Source of the DNA: a virus
Lineage: Duplodnaviria; Caudoviricetes
Length of the DNA stretch: 64,000 nt
IMG/VR virus record: IMGVR_UViG_2830161386_000001
Location: 1-64,000 of that record
Direction: 5' to 3' (one strand)
The notes beneath the pieces are model-generated. The model saw nothing but the letters and a program-made list of their open reading frames with translations. It did no database searches and was not told where the DNA came from. Within the stretch, counting starts at the first letter, position 1. Every line of letters starts with the position of its first letter. Below, in pieces: positions 19,365-28,789 of this stretch. Position numbers and translations under genes: made by a program.

Positions 19365-20288
19365 CTAGAGCAAATTCAGGTACTCCTTGCTGCCGACGCC
19401 GTAGTCCTCAACCGCGTCCCCGGCCCCGATGCCGGAGGGGCGCTCGAAGCCAGGTTGCTTGAGGGTGTGCCGGAAGGCGTTCTGGCTCACGTTTTCGGTC
19501 TCGTCGCCGAGGTGGATAATATTCTCGGCGTCCCGTCGGAGCTGGTAGGTCTGGTCCCAGAGCTTCTGGGCCCGCGTCTCTTGGACCTTGTGGGAGGAGA
19601 GGTAGTGCTCCAGCTCCTCGTCGACAAATTCGGCCAGCTCCATCGGGGTCATCCCCTTCAGGGCCGGCTGGCCGACGGAGTTGTAGTCGGGGAACTGCTT
19701 CAGGATGCGTCCTGCCTCCTTCCGCAGTTCCTGGACGTCGGTGATGAGCTCCCCCTTCCGGGTTTTGACCGTATCGATTCCGTCCTGGGACTTGTTGTCC
19801 AGGTCCATCTTCGGGACGTTTCTCGACCGGTTGATGTCGTTGGCCAGGAGGTCGATGTCTACCCCCATATCCTCCAGTTCCGGGTCAATCGACCAGATGT
19901 CGTTTGCCGCGTGGACGTTCTCCTCCGGGCGCTTTTCGCTCGGGTTCATCTGGCGCTTGTCCACGTACGGGCTGGAGGCATACTCCATGCGCTCTCCGAG
20001 AAGCGTCTCGTCCATTTCAGGAAGCCGCTCCTCCCGGTAGAACTGGATGCTGCCGAGCTGCCCGCGGTTCGACCCTGGGCGGTAGCCCTGGTCGTACTGG
20101 GCGATCACCGCCCGCTCGCCGCCGAAGTCCGGCTCGCCGTGGGGGTTTCGCACCGCCTCGACGCGGTGCAAGTTATGGTTGGCCTCGCCGATCTCGCCTC
20201 GGCGGTTGGCATCTTCAGCCATGTGCTGAACATCTTCTTTCAGCTTCTGAAAACTAATGTCGTCGTTTACCTCTACTGGATTAGGCAT
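19365..20288 (-). CDS. hypothetical protein
   Basis: Acidic ORF; likely start MPNPVEV at 20288. Confidence 0.7.
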   Translation of the reverse strand: MPNPVEVNDDISFQKLKEDVQHMAEDANRRGEIGEANHNLHRVEAVRNPHGEPDFGGERAVIAQYDQGYRPGSNRGQLGSIQFYREERLPEMDETLLGERMEYASSPYVDKRQMNPSEKRPEENVHAANDIWSIDPELEDMGVDIDLLANDINRSRNVPKMDLDNKSQDGIDTVKTRKGELITDVQELRKEAGRILKQFPDYNSVGQPALKGMTPMELAEFVDEELEHYLSSHKVQETRAQKLWDQTYQLRRDAENIIHLGDETENVSQNAFRHTLKQPGFERPSGIGAGDAVEDYGVGSKEYLNLL

Positions 20289-20334
20289 AGAGCTATGGTA
20301 TCTGTTGTTAGCGTTGAGATTAGGAAATCTGAAC

Positions 20335-21354
20335 CTACAGGCCCAGAGCATCTTCGATGTTCGGGTACGCGTTGAAGAAGCCAGTTTGCGCCGCCTGCTG
20401 CTCCATCATCTGCCAGAGCTGCGGGAAAGTGTACTGGCCTGCTGCCTTCCGGTAGCATGGAATCGCGACCTCGTCGGCGAACTCCTCCCAGCGGTCCGTG
20501 TGGCGGTTTTTCCCGCCGTAGATCCGGCGGACCCACTCGGGGAGGCCCTTCGAGCGCTGCCGCCGGATGAACTTCGCCATGCGACGCCTTGTCATTTTGG
20601 CGTTTTTCTGCGGCACAGTTTGCTGGGGCGCGGTGCCTTGGCTTCCCGGAACCCGGCGGTAGCCGGACTGCTGGCCTGACTGCCTTCCTGATCGCCGGGT
20701 GGACTGCTGGCCTGACCGGCGGGTGGACCGGCGGGTAGATTGCCCGCTGGCGGCTGGGGCCTGCGCGCCGCCCGCCGCCCGGGCTGGGACCTGGGGCCCA
20801 GGTACTTGTGGGCCCGGTACTTGCGGGCCGACCGCCTGCGCGCCTCCGGCAGCCGGAGCCTGCATCGGCGCTTGGCCGACCGGGTTTTGCTGGGCGTGCT
20901 GCACAAATGCCCGGCTTACCTGCCCGATCTTGTCGAGCGCGCTTCCGATGTCGTCGTTGGCGCGGGACAGATCGTCCGGCTCGTAGGCCTTCGGCTCTTG
21001 GACTCGGCGGATGTCCCCGCCGGAGCCCTGGATGCCGAGGGCCTCCCACCGGCCTTGCGGGTCGGTGTAGAGCCCGATCTTCGCCGTAAGCCACGGGCTG
21101 CCCTCCGGGTCGCGAAGCAGAAGCGGCACCTGCGTTGTCTCCCCGCGGGGAAGGGAGAGCGGGCCGGCAAGCGTCGCGCCGATGCTTCGCAGCTGGTTTG
21201 GCAGCTGGGCCAGCCGCTCCTTCGCGCCGCTTTCCCGCAACTGGGCCCGGATCTCATCAAAGGTCCGCACCTCGCTTGCCACAGACTGGGCAAACGTTTG
21301 GCCCATCTGCTCTTGCAGCTGGGCTAGGTAAGGAGTATTTTTGTATAGCTGCAT
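20335..21354 (-). CDS. hypothetical protein with low-complexity GPQVP and STRRS repeats
   Basis: 339-aa ORF in a tightly packed run of genes. Confidence 0.7.
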   Translation of the reverse strand: MQLYKNTPYLAQLQEQMGQTFAQSVASEVRTFDEIRAQLRESGAKERLAQLPNQLRSIGATLAGPLSLPRGETTQVPLLLRDPEGSPWLTAKIGLYTDPQGRWEALGIQGSGGDIRRVQEPKAYEPDDLSRANDDIGSALDKIGQVSRAFVQHAQQNPVGQAPMQAPAAGGAQAVGPQVPGPQVPGPQVPARAAGGAQAPAASGQSTRRSTRRSGQQSTRRSGRQSGQQSGYRRVPGSQGTAPQQTVPQKNAKMTRRRMAKFIRRQRSKGLPEWVRRIYGGKNRHTDRWEEFADEVAIPCYRKAAGQYTFPQLWQMMEQQAAQTGFFNAYPNIEDALGL

Positions 21355-21363
21355 GATAAGTAA

Positions 21364-21981
21364 TCACTCTATGTGAAAGTTGCGGAGATGAGGGGGAAGC
21401 TCCTCTTCGGCATCGCCCTCGCCCGAATCGGGACCCGCGTCGCCGCTTTGGCCGCCTTGTTCTTCTGGCAGGTCCGGCGGCGAGGGGACGTTGTCGGGGC
21501 CGCTGGCCGGCGGGGAAATTCCGCCTTCCGGCGCCTCCTCTTGGGGCGGGGCCTCGCCCGGAAGCGGCTCGTTCCCGCCGAGGGGTGAGGGGCCGGGGCT
21601 GTATTCCAGGTTTCCCCCTGACGGCTCTCTGCCGGAATCCGCCGCGGGCGGCTGGATCTGCGAGGCGCCTTGCTGGCTGGAGGAGGTGCCCGCGCCTTCG
21701 CTCATCGCGTCCCCGACCGTGTCCATGAGAGACATATAGCCTTTCGAGTCCATGATAATCTGGACATCGCTTCCGCAATGGACACACTGAAAATTGGGCT
21801 TGTTTTCAGTGACCTTCTCCATCACGAGGTCCATTACCGCAGACGGGTCCTCCCTCAAGTCAATTCGCTCTTTCGCGGCCTGCCGGATCTCGGTGTGGAG
21901 CTTCAGGCCTCGGGCGTCGAGGTTGCCTTGCCGGCAGGGCCCGTCCCGTTGGCATCCGTTAATGATATTTAGTTCGACCAT
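21364..21981 (-). CDS. hypothetical protein with Cys pairs and P/G/E-rich tail
   Basis: CQRDGPC and CVHC may bind a metal. Confidence 0.65.
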   Translation of the reverse strand: MVELNIINGCQRDGPCRQGNLDARGLKLHTEIRQAAKERIDLREDPSAVMDLVMEKVTENKPNFQCVHCGSDVQIIMDSKGYMSLMDTVGDAMSEGAGTSSSQQGASQIQPPAADSGREPSGGNLEYSPGPSPLGGNEPLPGEAPPQEEAPEGGISPPASGPDNVPSPPDLPEEQGGQSGDAGPDSGEGDAEEELPPHLRNFHIE

Positions 21982-21996
21982 ACCGATTATCGTTTA

Positions 21997-22335
21997 CTAG
22001 AGAAAGACATCTGCGAGGAAGCCGACGAGCCGCAGGCCGTCGGACATGTTTTGCCGCCGCATTTGCCGCTTGGCTTGGCGGCGCCGCTCCACCATGTCGT
22101 CCACGGCCAGGCCCGTTTGCAGCGCCGTCTCGCCAGCTTTGAGGACCTGGCGGCTGGTTTCCCGGACCGACTGGCGGCTGACGCTGAATTTGTAGTAGAC
22201 CCCGTCGTCCTGTTGTTGGTGGTGGCCATTGGTCTTTGGGCCGCCCATCTGCGGATTCGCTTGACCGGAGATCTCTTGCTCTTTGATCTCCTCGTCCACG
22301 TGCTCGGAGAAGCTTTGGTACTGATCGTTTTGCAT
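21997..22335 (-). CDS. hypothetical protein (112 aa)
   Basis: ORF in the operon; hydrophobic C-terminus. Confidence 0.6.
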   Translation of the reverse strand: MQNDQYQSFSEHVDEEIKEQEISGQANPQMGGPKTNGHHQQQDDGVYYKFSVSRQSVRETSRQVLKAGETALQTGLAVDDMVERRRQAKRQMRRQNMSDGLRLVGFLADVFL

Positions 22336-22366
22336 AGATGAAGCTGTAATTTCTATTGGATGATAG

Positions 22367-22669
22367 TTAGTTGTGCGCTTCGAGAGTCTCGGCCACTTCG
22401 CTGATCGCGCCGATGCCCTCCACGACCCGATCAGCGATACGGTCGTACCGCTTGGTCGTGAAGTAGTAATCGGCGGCCGACCAGATCAGGCCGCCCAGGC
22501 CGATGGCGGCGGCAAGGCCCGCCAGAAAGAAAAAGACGTGCTCCCGCTTGACCTGGACCTCGGTCCGGTCGAGCGCTTCTTCCGACGGACTGAAGCCGTG
22601 TGGCATCTGGCCCTGTTGTTGGGCCTGGCCTTGCGGCTCGCCCTCTTCCGATTCAGAATTATCTGCCAT
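22367..22669 (-). CDS. small single-pass membrane protein
   Basis: Hydrophobic helix VFFFLAGLAAAIGLGGLIW; ATG at 22669, downstream of motif copy 2. Confidence 0.65.
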   Translation of the reverse strand: MADNSESEEGEPQGQAQQQGQMPHGFSPSEEALDRTEVQVKREHVFFFLAGLAAAIGLGGLIWSAADYYFTTKRYDRIADRVVEGIGAISEVAETLEAHN

Positions 22670-22732
22670 AGCAACTAGCGTTGAAAAAAAGATTATATTG
22701 AAAGACGCGACACAACGCCCTCGCGCCATAGT

Positions 22733-22761
22733 TATGGTGCGCAAATGTCTGCAATACTTGC
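22733..22761 (-). promoter_or_regulatory. conserved 29-bp promoter-like motif, copy 2
   Basis: Minus strand reads GCAA-gtattgcagacatttgc-GCACCATA. Confidence 0.7.
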
Positions 22762-25700
22762 ATGCCGCCCAATTCCATCGAACAAAATCAGGCCGATTTC
22801 TCCGGGCGCTACACGCCCATCGACAGCCCGCAGTACCAGCAGGTCCAGGCCCAGGCCTACTACGAGCGGATGCGCGCTCACGTCAACGAGCGCAGCCAAA
22901 GCCTCATGTCCGGCGGTCAAGGCCGGATCACCACCGGCCGGGAAAGCGCCCGCGGGCTCGTAACCGGCGGGATGTACGACCCCTCTCGCCGCTCCTACCG
23001 GTCCCGCTCCCGCCAGCAGCGAGCCGATGCTCAGGACATCACCGAGCGGGCCATGCAGCTCCCCATGAACGCTTTCGACGCGTTTAACATTTTGGGGTCA
23101 ATGACGCTGGTAGAAAACCCCATTGAAGAAGGTGTGGGAAACATGCTCTACCGGGGAAGTGGCACTGGAGGCACGCTCGGGTTCTTTGGGTCTAGCGCCG
23201 CCGGATTTACGGCAGGGGCCGTCGGAGGAACGGCAGCGATTGCCGCCAGTGAAGGGGCACTTCGGTACACTGGCACCAGAGATGCCTTTAATCAATTTGA
23301 GGACATCCGCGACCTCCAGCAGGTCAGCCGCCCGATGACAGCGGGCACGGCAAGCGGGCCCCGTGGCCGCATGAGCCGGGAGATGGCCCAAGAGGTAACC
23401 GCCGACATGGCCGAGCAGGGGCGGCTCTCCACGATGATGGCCGACGGGGAGTCCTTCAGCGAAATGCAAGAGCAGGCGGGCATCTTGGCCGACTACAAGC
23501 TCATGGAGGGGGTCCGCGACGCCGACGAGTTTGAGCGGAAGTTCAGCGAGCTCAAAGAAGGGGTCAAGCGCGTAATGGAGGTGCTCGGCACGACTTTTGA
23601 GGAGGGGGCCAGCCTACTTAGCGACTTTCGGAACGTTGGCATCACGCCGGGAACCGGGGTGGATCTTCTGGATCAGGCCCGCATGACGAGCGCCCAATTT
23701 GGAACCAACTTCCGGCAGACCCACGCCGCCGGAATGAAATCCGCGATGGCGATGCAGGGGACCGGAATGTCGATGGCCGCCGGGTATCAAATGGGCCAGC
23801 AGGCCCAAGGGATGGCCCAAACCATCTACGAGGGGCGCTACCTCGACGAGAACACAATTTACAACATGGGCGGGCAGCAGGGCATCCGGATGAACCTCCA
23901 GCGCGGCCAGATGCGGTTTATGGAGGGCCCCTCGTTTACTGCCATGATGATGGGGGCAAGCCGGGACGGCCAGTTCGACGGCCAAAACATCCTTCAAACC
24001 CTGGCAGGGGAGCGCACGCCGCAGCAAAACGCAAATGCGGCGGGCCAGAGCATCGACTCCCTTGAAGACGTCTATTCGTACCGAGACAACTCGCGGGAGG
24101 CGATCAGCAGCCTCATTGAGGACAATCCCGCAATTATGCAGGGCCTTCAGGTCCGGACTGTGATGCAGCAAGCCCGGGCCGCCGGCATGAACCCCGAAGA
24201 AATGACGCGGGGGGAGCTCGGGCAGTTTGCCGCCGACGCGACGCCGATGAACGCGCAGGAGTTTGAGGCCGCCGCCGCGGCGGTTGAGTCCTTGCCTGAA
24301 ACCTACGGCCGGCGGGCCCAAGAGGAGCGCCGCACCGCCGAGTCGCGGGCAGACGATCGGTACACCACTGGTCCGCTGGAGCAGACGATGGAGGGCCTCC
24401 GGGAGCTTCCGCTCTTTCGCGGGGCAGTATCTGAAAGCGCAGACATTGCCCGCCGCACCCGAGACGCGGTGTACAACATGTCGACCGCCATCAGCCAAGA
24501 AGTGAACGAGACGTTTACAGGCCAAAAAACCGTGACCGTCTCCGGGGGCACCCAGCGGTTCTTTAGCCAGGAGGCGCTTGCGGGGATGAGCCAAGAGGCG
24601 CGGCAGCGAATGGGCGTAAATGAGGAGGGAGAAGTAACGGGAGAAAACGTTGCAACGTACTACGAAGACGAGGGAAGCGACCTGTTTGGGTCAACCGAGG
24701 CGGCAGACGTGGTTGAAGAGCGGGCTCGGTCTGACGAGGACTTCAACCCGATGAAGGTCTCTCAGAACACCTTTGAGCGGCGGGATGGACGGGTCACGCT
24801 GTCTCCAGATCAAATCTCGCAGCTGGAATCTCAAAGCGACCAAGTAAACGGGCTGGGCGAGCTTGGGGAGCCGGTTCGGGGCGGAGAGGGGCGGTCCTTT
24901 AGCTACCAAGAGCTTGCAAGCGCGGGCGTGACGGCGTCGGAGGCAGATATGGGCCCGACAGCTCAAGACGTCATGTCGGACTTTAGTTTAATGCGCCCGG
25001 GCCAAAACTCCATGGCTCTGGAGAAGGCAACGGTCAACGCGCTTGACCCGGCAAGCGACGACGCGGTCTACCTCATGAACCCGGAGCAAACCGGCCAGGT
25101 GCAAAGCACTGGGAAAGCCGCAGCTCAGCTTATGGACGAGGCGCTAAGCCGGGCTCCCGAGCGGTTCAGCGACCTTAGCACACAAGAATCTGAAAGCGGA
25201 GAGAGCGCCCGTGACGTCTACATGGACGTGAAAGACCGGATGCAGCAGGTTAGCGAAAGCCGCCGCAACCGAATTCTAAACACGTCCGGCGGGAACGCCG
25301 CCCGAGAGGTCCGAAAGCTCCAGCGAGACGTTCTTCAAGAGGGGCTTGACATCGATCCTGATTTGGAAGGAGAAGCCTTAGATAAAGCTATATCTGAGAA
25401 GCTCAGCAACATTGAAGGTGGAAAAGGTGCGGTCGGAAAAGTCTTCAAAGACGCAACCGGCCAACAGCTGTCATCCCTGATCCAACGGTATGGCCCGGAG
25501 TACGGCACGCTTAGTGAAATAAGCCCCAGCGAACAGGAAAATATAATGGATCAGCGGACGGAAATGATCGACGAAAACCTTGAAGCGATGGGGGAAGGCG
25601 GCACGTTCTACGACACCGAAGAGGCCGATTACCTCCAGGAGATGGAATCGGAGGTTATGATCATGGCCCACGCAAAGTCTATTGGAAGGGAGAACTTGTC

Positions 25701-26109
25701 CGACGCTCAGCTTGACGCTCTCGAAAAGGCGGAAAACACGATTGCAAGCCGCGCTCCAGACGCGATGGACGAGGCGAAGAAGCTAACGTCTCGCCTCGCA
25801 AATCAGTCAACGCAGCAAGAGCTCGTTAACCAAGCCCGAGTTGCTCAATCCGACCTTGCCGGCTCCGGAAGTGACGAACAGGCAAGCGGCACGGGAGCAC
25901 AAGTCCAGACCGCTTCGAGCGACCAGGAAGCCCGAGACATGATTAAAAACAAGATGATTCAGCTTGCACAAGTCATCGAAGAGCTTCAAAGCAACCAGAA
26001 AGAAATTATCGACCTTGCGGATCCGGGAAGCGGGTCGAAAGGCGGCACAGGAGGCGGGACGGGGCGCGGAAGCGCAGGCGGGGCTCTAGGGCTCGGAATT
26101 ATCGATTAG
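22762..26109 (+). CDS. tape-measure-like protein
   Basis: 1115 aa, A/G/M/Q-rich and apparently helical, with an N-terminal Gly/Ala hydrophobic stretch; the only large plus-strand gene. Confidence 0.5.
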   Translation: MPPNSIEQNQADFSGRYTPIDSPQYQQVQAQAYYERMRAHVNERSQSLMSGGQGRITTGRESARGLVTGGMYDPSRRSYRSRSRQQRADAQDITERAMQLPMNAFDAFNILGSMTLVENPIEEGVGNMLYRGSGTGGTLGFFGSSAAGFTAGAVGGTAAIAASEGALRYTGTRDAFNQFEDIRDLQQVSRPMTAGTASGPRGRMSREMAQEVTADMAEQGRLSTMMADGESFSEMQEQAGILADYKLMEGVRDADEFERKFSELKEGVKRVMEVLGTTFEEGASLLSDFRNVGITPGTGVDLLDQARMTSAQFGTNFRQTHAAGMKSAMAMQGTGMSMAAGYQMGQQAQGMAQTIYEGRYLDENTIYNMGGQQGIRMNLQRGQMRFMEGPSFTAMMMGASRDGQFDGQNILQTLAGERTPQQNANAAGQSIDSLEDVYSYRDNSREAISSLIEDNPAIMQGLQVRTVMQQARAAGMNPEEMTRGELGQFAADATPMNAQEFEAAAAAVESLPETYGRRAQEERRTAESRADDRYTTGPLEQTMEGLRELPLFRGAVSESADIARRTRDAVYNMSTAISQEVNETFTGQKTVTVSGGTQRFFSQEALAGMSQEARQRMGVNEEGEVTGENVATYYEDEGSDLFGSTEAADVVEERARSDEDFNPMKVSQNTFERRDGRVTLSPDQISQLESQSDQVNGLGELGEPVRGGEGRSFSYQELASAGVTASEADMGPTAQDVMSDFSLMRPGQNSMALEKATVNALDPASDDAVYLMNPEQTGQVQSTGKAAAQLMDEALSRAPERFSDLSTQESESGESARDVYMDVKDRMQQVSESRRNRILNTSGGNAAREVRKLQRDVLQEGLDIDPDLEGEALDKAISEKLSNIEGGKGAVGKVFKDATGQQLSSLIQRYGPEYGTLSEISPSEQENIMDQRTEMIDENLEAMGEGGTFYDTEEADYLQEMESEVMIMAHAKSIGRENLSDAQLDALEKAENTIASRAPDAMDEAKKLTSRLANQSTQQELVNQARVAQSDLAGSGSDEQASGTGAQVQTASSDQEARDMIKNKMIQLAQVIEELQSNQKEIIDLADPGSGSKGGTGGGTGRGSAGGALGLGIID

Positions 26110-26198
26110 GGGGTTGGAGCCAGGGAAAAAGAAACCATGGGCAAAAAGGGTTGTATAGATAAATCCCTTACGACTTCTCACAACCGAGCCCTTCCCTT

Positions 26199-26342
26199 AT
26201 GGATTATCTGATCAGCGAAGGCCTCCGCGCTGTAATCGAAAACTTCGACGACGAATCCCTCATTCAAAGCTCCGCCGCGCTTGGGGTGTCTCTGGCCGGC
26301 GTGGCCCATTTTGGAGTTAAGGTCTACGAGAACCTCGACTAA
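26199..26342 (+). CDS. 47-aa putative membrane peptide (absent from the ORF track)
   Basis: MDYLISEGLRAVIENFDDESLIQSSAALGVSLAGVAHFGVKVYENLD*, followed by a terminator. Confidence 0.5.
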   Translation: MDYLISEGLRAVIENFDDESLIQSSAALGVSLAGVAHFGVKVYENLD

Positions 26343-26391
26343 GCGCCCTCTGTTAGCGTCTTATTGAACCGCACATTTGAGCCCCACCGAC

Positions 26392-26429
26392 AAAAAAGAG
26401 CGGCCTGCCTCCCGGCGGGCCGCTTTTTT
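26392..26429. terminator. bidirectional intrinsic terminator
   Basis: AAAAAAGAGCGGCCTGCC-TCCC-GGCGGGCCGCTTTTTT between convergent genes. Confidence 0.8.
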
Positions 26430-26431
26430 GT

Positions 26432-27112
26432 TTAGCCCCCTTCCACCAGCGAGTGGAAGCGGAACTGATCATCGACGGCATACTCTGGTGCCCGCCCCTT
26501 CGCCCACTCCGGCTTGGCCCCAGACCGGGGCGACCAGAAGTGGTCAACCCCTTTAAGGGGCCGGTACTTTTCCGGCAGCGTAAGCATCATCCACGCCGTC
26601 CGGACCGAGAGATGCCACTTCAGATTGTCTTCCCCGTAATCGCTCAGATCGAGGGTATCGACCTCTTGAGCTTCACGGGTAATCCCCTCGAAGGCCCATC
26701 GCTGCTGGACGACCCGAGGCACCGTATCGGGAAAGCGTTCGAGCCGTTTTCGCTCGATTACGACTGAGCCCACGTACGACATCAGCCGCATCGTCGGGGC
26801 TTCGGTGTACATCACGCGAGCCATGTGGAGAAGCTCCCGGTCGGTCGGCCGGTCGACCCGGGCCTTCTGGAGCTGCGCCTCTTTGTGCTGCAAAAGGTGC
26901 CCGAGGGCTTTTGCCCGAACGCGAGCGGGAAAGCCGCACATCTTCAGCGACTCCCGCGGCTGATGCGCAACAGAGCACGTCTCTGAGCCGTAACGCACAA
27001 GCTCTTTTTCAAGGTCGATGTCCAGACCTTCGCTCCCACAGCCGGTGAGGGCGAAAAGCAAAAAGGCGAGCACGAACGTGAGTCCAATTGTGTAAAGTCC
27101 TCCTCGTCTCAT
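26432..27112 (-). CDS. SleB/Hydrolase_2-family cell wall hydrolase with lipoprotein signal
   Basis: MRRG...LFALTGC lipobox; MARVMYTEA, VGSVVIER, FPDTV..VV.Q..AF and HFW.P....PEWA. Confidence 0.75.
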   Translation of the reverse strand: MRRGGLYTIGLTFVLAFLLFALTGCGSEGLDIDLEKELVRYGSETCSVAHQPRESLKMCGFPARVRAKALGHLLQHKEAQLQKARVDRPTDRELLHMARVMYTEAPTMRLMSYVGSVVIERKRLERFPDTVPRVVQQRWAFEGITREAQEVDTLDLSDYGEDNLKWHLSVRTAWMMLTLPEKYRPLKGVDHFWSPRSGAKPEWAKGRAPEYAVDDQFRFHSLVEGG

Positions 27113-27139
27113 GGCGGTATTGAAATTGGTAAGCAGAGC

Positions 27140-27166
27140 AAAAAGAAAAAGCCCCCTCTCGGGGGC
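27140..27166 (-). terminator. intrinsic terminator
   Basis: GCCCCC-TCTC-GGGGGC with an adjacent A-run. Confidence 0.6.
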
Positions 27167-27182
27167 CAGATGACGGCTCATC

Positions 27183-27353
27183 TCACTTCTCAGCGAGATG
27201 ACGCAGCCGCCAATCTCTGTCCTTCTCCCTTGCTCTCTGCCTCTTGCGGTGGCGTGTGGTCGGCGGGCTTTCCGCCGAACGGTTGAATGAAAAGCTGTCG
27301 TCGCTCTCGCGACGGTCGTCGATATTTTTGATTGCAGAAGCAGAAGTAGCCAT
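27183..27353 (-). CDS. small basic protein (56 aa)
   Basis: MATSASAIKN...RHRKRQRAREKDRDWRLRHLAEK, between motif copy 3 and a terminator. Confidence 0.55.
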   Translation of the reverse strand: MATSASAIKNIDDRRESDDSFSFNRSAESPPTTRHRKRQRAREKDRDWRLRHLAEK

Positions 27354-27410
27354 GGTATCATATCCAAGTGAGAGAGTAAGCGGAAGCAAGCATGTCCCTC
27401 GCTTCATTAC

Positions 27411-27439
27411 TATGGTGCTCACTTGGGCGCCACTTTTGC
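27411..27439 (-). promoter_or_regulatory. conserved 29-bp promoter-like motif, copy 3
   Basis: Minus strand reads GCAA-aagtggcgcccaagtga-GCACCATA. Confidence 0.7.
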
Positions 27440-27461
27440 ACAAATACTTGTGCAAGGGAGG

Positions 27462-27962
27462 CTACTCCTCGGCCAGGCACACGTCCTCGACCACCCGGTC
27501 GATAGCGCGGCCTAAGCGGCGAAGCCACCCCTCGTACGGGGTCATCCCCGTCGGCTCCGGTTCCGCCTCCGACAGCGGCGACAAGGCCGGGTTAGAGAGC
27601 TGCGTGCTGCGGGCCCGCTCGTAGAAGCTGGGCGGCACCTGGAGGTAGAGGTAGTAGTAACAGGTTTGGTCAATCCATTTCATGTTCGACCCGGCCGGGG
27701 ACACCTCGTCGTAGGCCAAAATCTCCTCGACTTGAAACCGGTCGTCTCGGCTCGTTAGGTCAAACTGCATGAGCAGAAGCCGCTGGTCGTCCCCCGCGTC
27801 CCCCTCGACGTCGAAGGAGGCCCGGACCCGCTCCCGCTCGGAGGGGTTCAGCATCTGCTGAGCCGCCTGGTTGAAGGCCCGCTCCTGGGTGTCTTTAAAC
27901 TCCTCTGCCGTATCCGGCGGGTCCTCCTGCATTTGCTCAAGAAGCTCCTCGGGGCTAGGCAT
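27462..27962 (-). CDS. hypothetical protein
   Basis: Acidic ORF overlapping the end of the kinase gene. Confidence 0.65.
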   Translation of the reverse strand: MPSPEELLEQMQEDPPDTAEEFKDTQERAFNQAAQQMLNPSERERVRASFDVEGDAGDDQRLLLMQFDLTSRDDRFQVEEILAYDEVSPAGSNMKWIDQTCYYYLYLQVPPSFYERARSTQLSNPALSPLSEAEPEPTGMTPYEGWLRRLGRAIDRVVEDVCLAEE

Positions 27963-28749
27963 GGTCGTAAGGGGCTTTGTCGCCAAAGATCAAACCAGTT
28001 GATACCTGAGGCGCCTGAACCGGATCGGCGTTGAGCGTCTTCCAAACCCGGTCGGACACCTCAAGGTGCGAGGGAATCCCGGGGACAGTCCTCCCCTCCT
28101 CCAGGCGCATAATTATCCGTGCGTTCAGCCGGAGGTGCTTTAGGGTATCGACGTTGTGGATGTGGTAGTCCCAGCCCTCCCAGCCGTCCATCGCGGTTTC
28201 CGACGCGTGGTCGTCATCGCGGAGGTCCTCCCCGCTCCACTCTTCCCGCATTTCTCTGGGGGCGCGCACCTCGACGCAGGTGGCCCCGAAGTGCTCGCGC
28301 AGAAACTCTGCCTCGTCGGGGAAGCGCAGGTCGGTAAACACATATTTCCCATGTTGCCCACGGTTTTGCCGCTCGATTAGCTCTCGGCACTCAGCGCGGG
28401 CCCAAATCTGGCCGTCAAACTGTTCGGGGAACTCCTCTTGAAGCCCCTTCCGGAAGAGCTCGGTGCCGACGACCTGAAAAATCTCCCCCGGCGACACGCC
28501 CCAGTAGTCGTCTACCGCGCCCTTTTCGCCCCCGTGACACTGCTCGCCGGAAAACCCGAACACCCCCTTCCCGATCGCCTCTTTGATGGGGTTGGCAAAT
28601 GCGCGCTTTTCGTAGCCCGCGTCGGCGAGGGCGCCGCCCGCCGCGTCTTTCCCGCTGTGCTTTTTGTAGCCAAATGCGATTACGGTGTGGCCCTCTAGCT
28701 CAGGGTCTTTCTTTTGAATCGCGGGGTCTTTCTTTTCGATTGTGCTCAT
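27955..28749 (-). CDS. deoxynucleoside monophosphate kinase (T4 gp1-like)
   Basis: P-loop FGYKKHSGKD; AFANPIKE; QVVGTE; TDLRFPDEA; HASE. Confidence 0.88.
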   Translation of the reverse strand: MSTIEKKDPAIQKKDPELEGHTVIAFGYKKHSGKDAAGGALADAGYEKRAFANPIKEAIGKGVFGFSGEQCHGGEKGAVDDYWGVSPGEIFQVVGTELFRKGLQEEFPEQFDGQIWARAECRELIERQNRGQHGKYVFTDLRFPDEAEFLREHFGATCVEVRAPREMREEWSGEDLRDDDHASETAMDGWEGWDYHIHNVDTLKHLRLNARIIMRLEEGRTVPGIPSHLEVSDRVWKTLNADPVQAPQVSTGLIFGDKAPYDHA

Positions 28750-28789
28750 AGAGCTGCTTTCGGCTGATCCGACAGGTTCGTGAAAGGTC

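Noticed and set aside
20294-20322. Possible fifth copy of the 29-bp motif (TATGGTAT on the plus strand)
   Set aside because: It lacks the TTGC/GCAA box at the 17-nt spacing and the conserved spacer bases.
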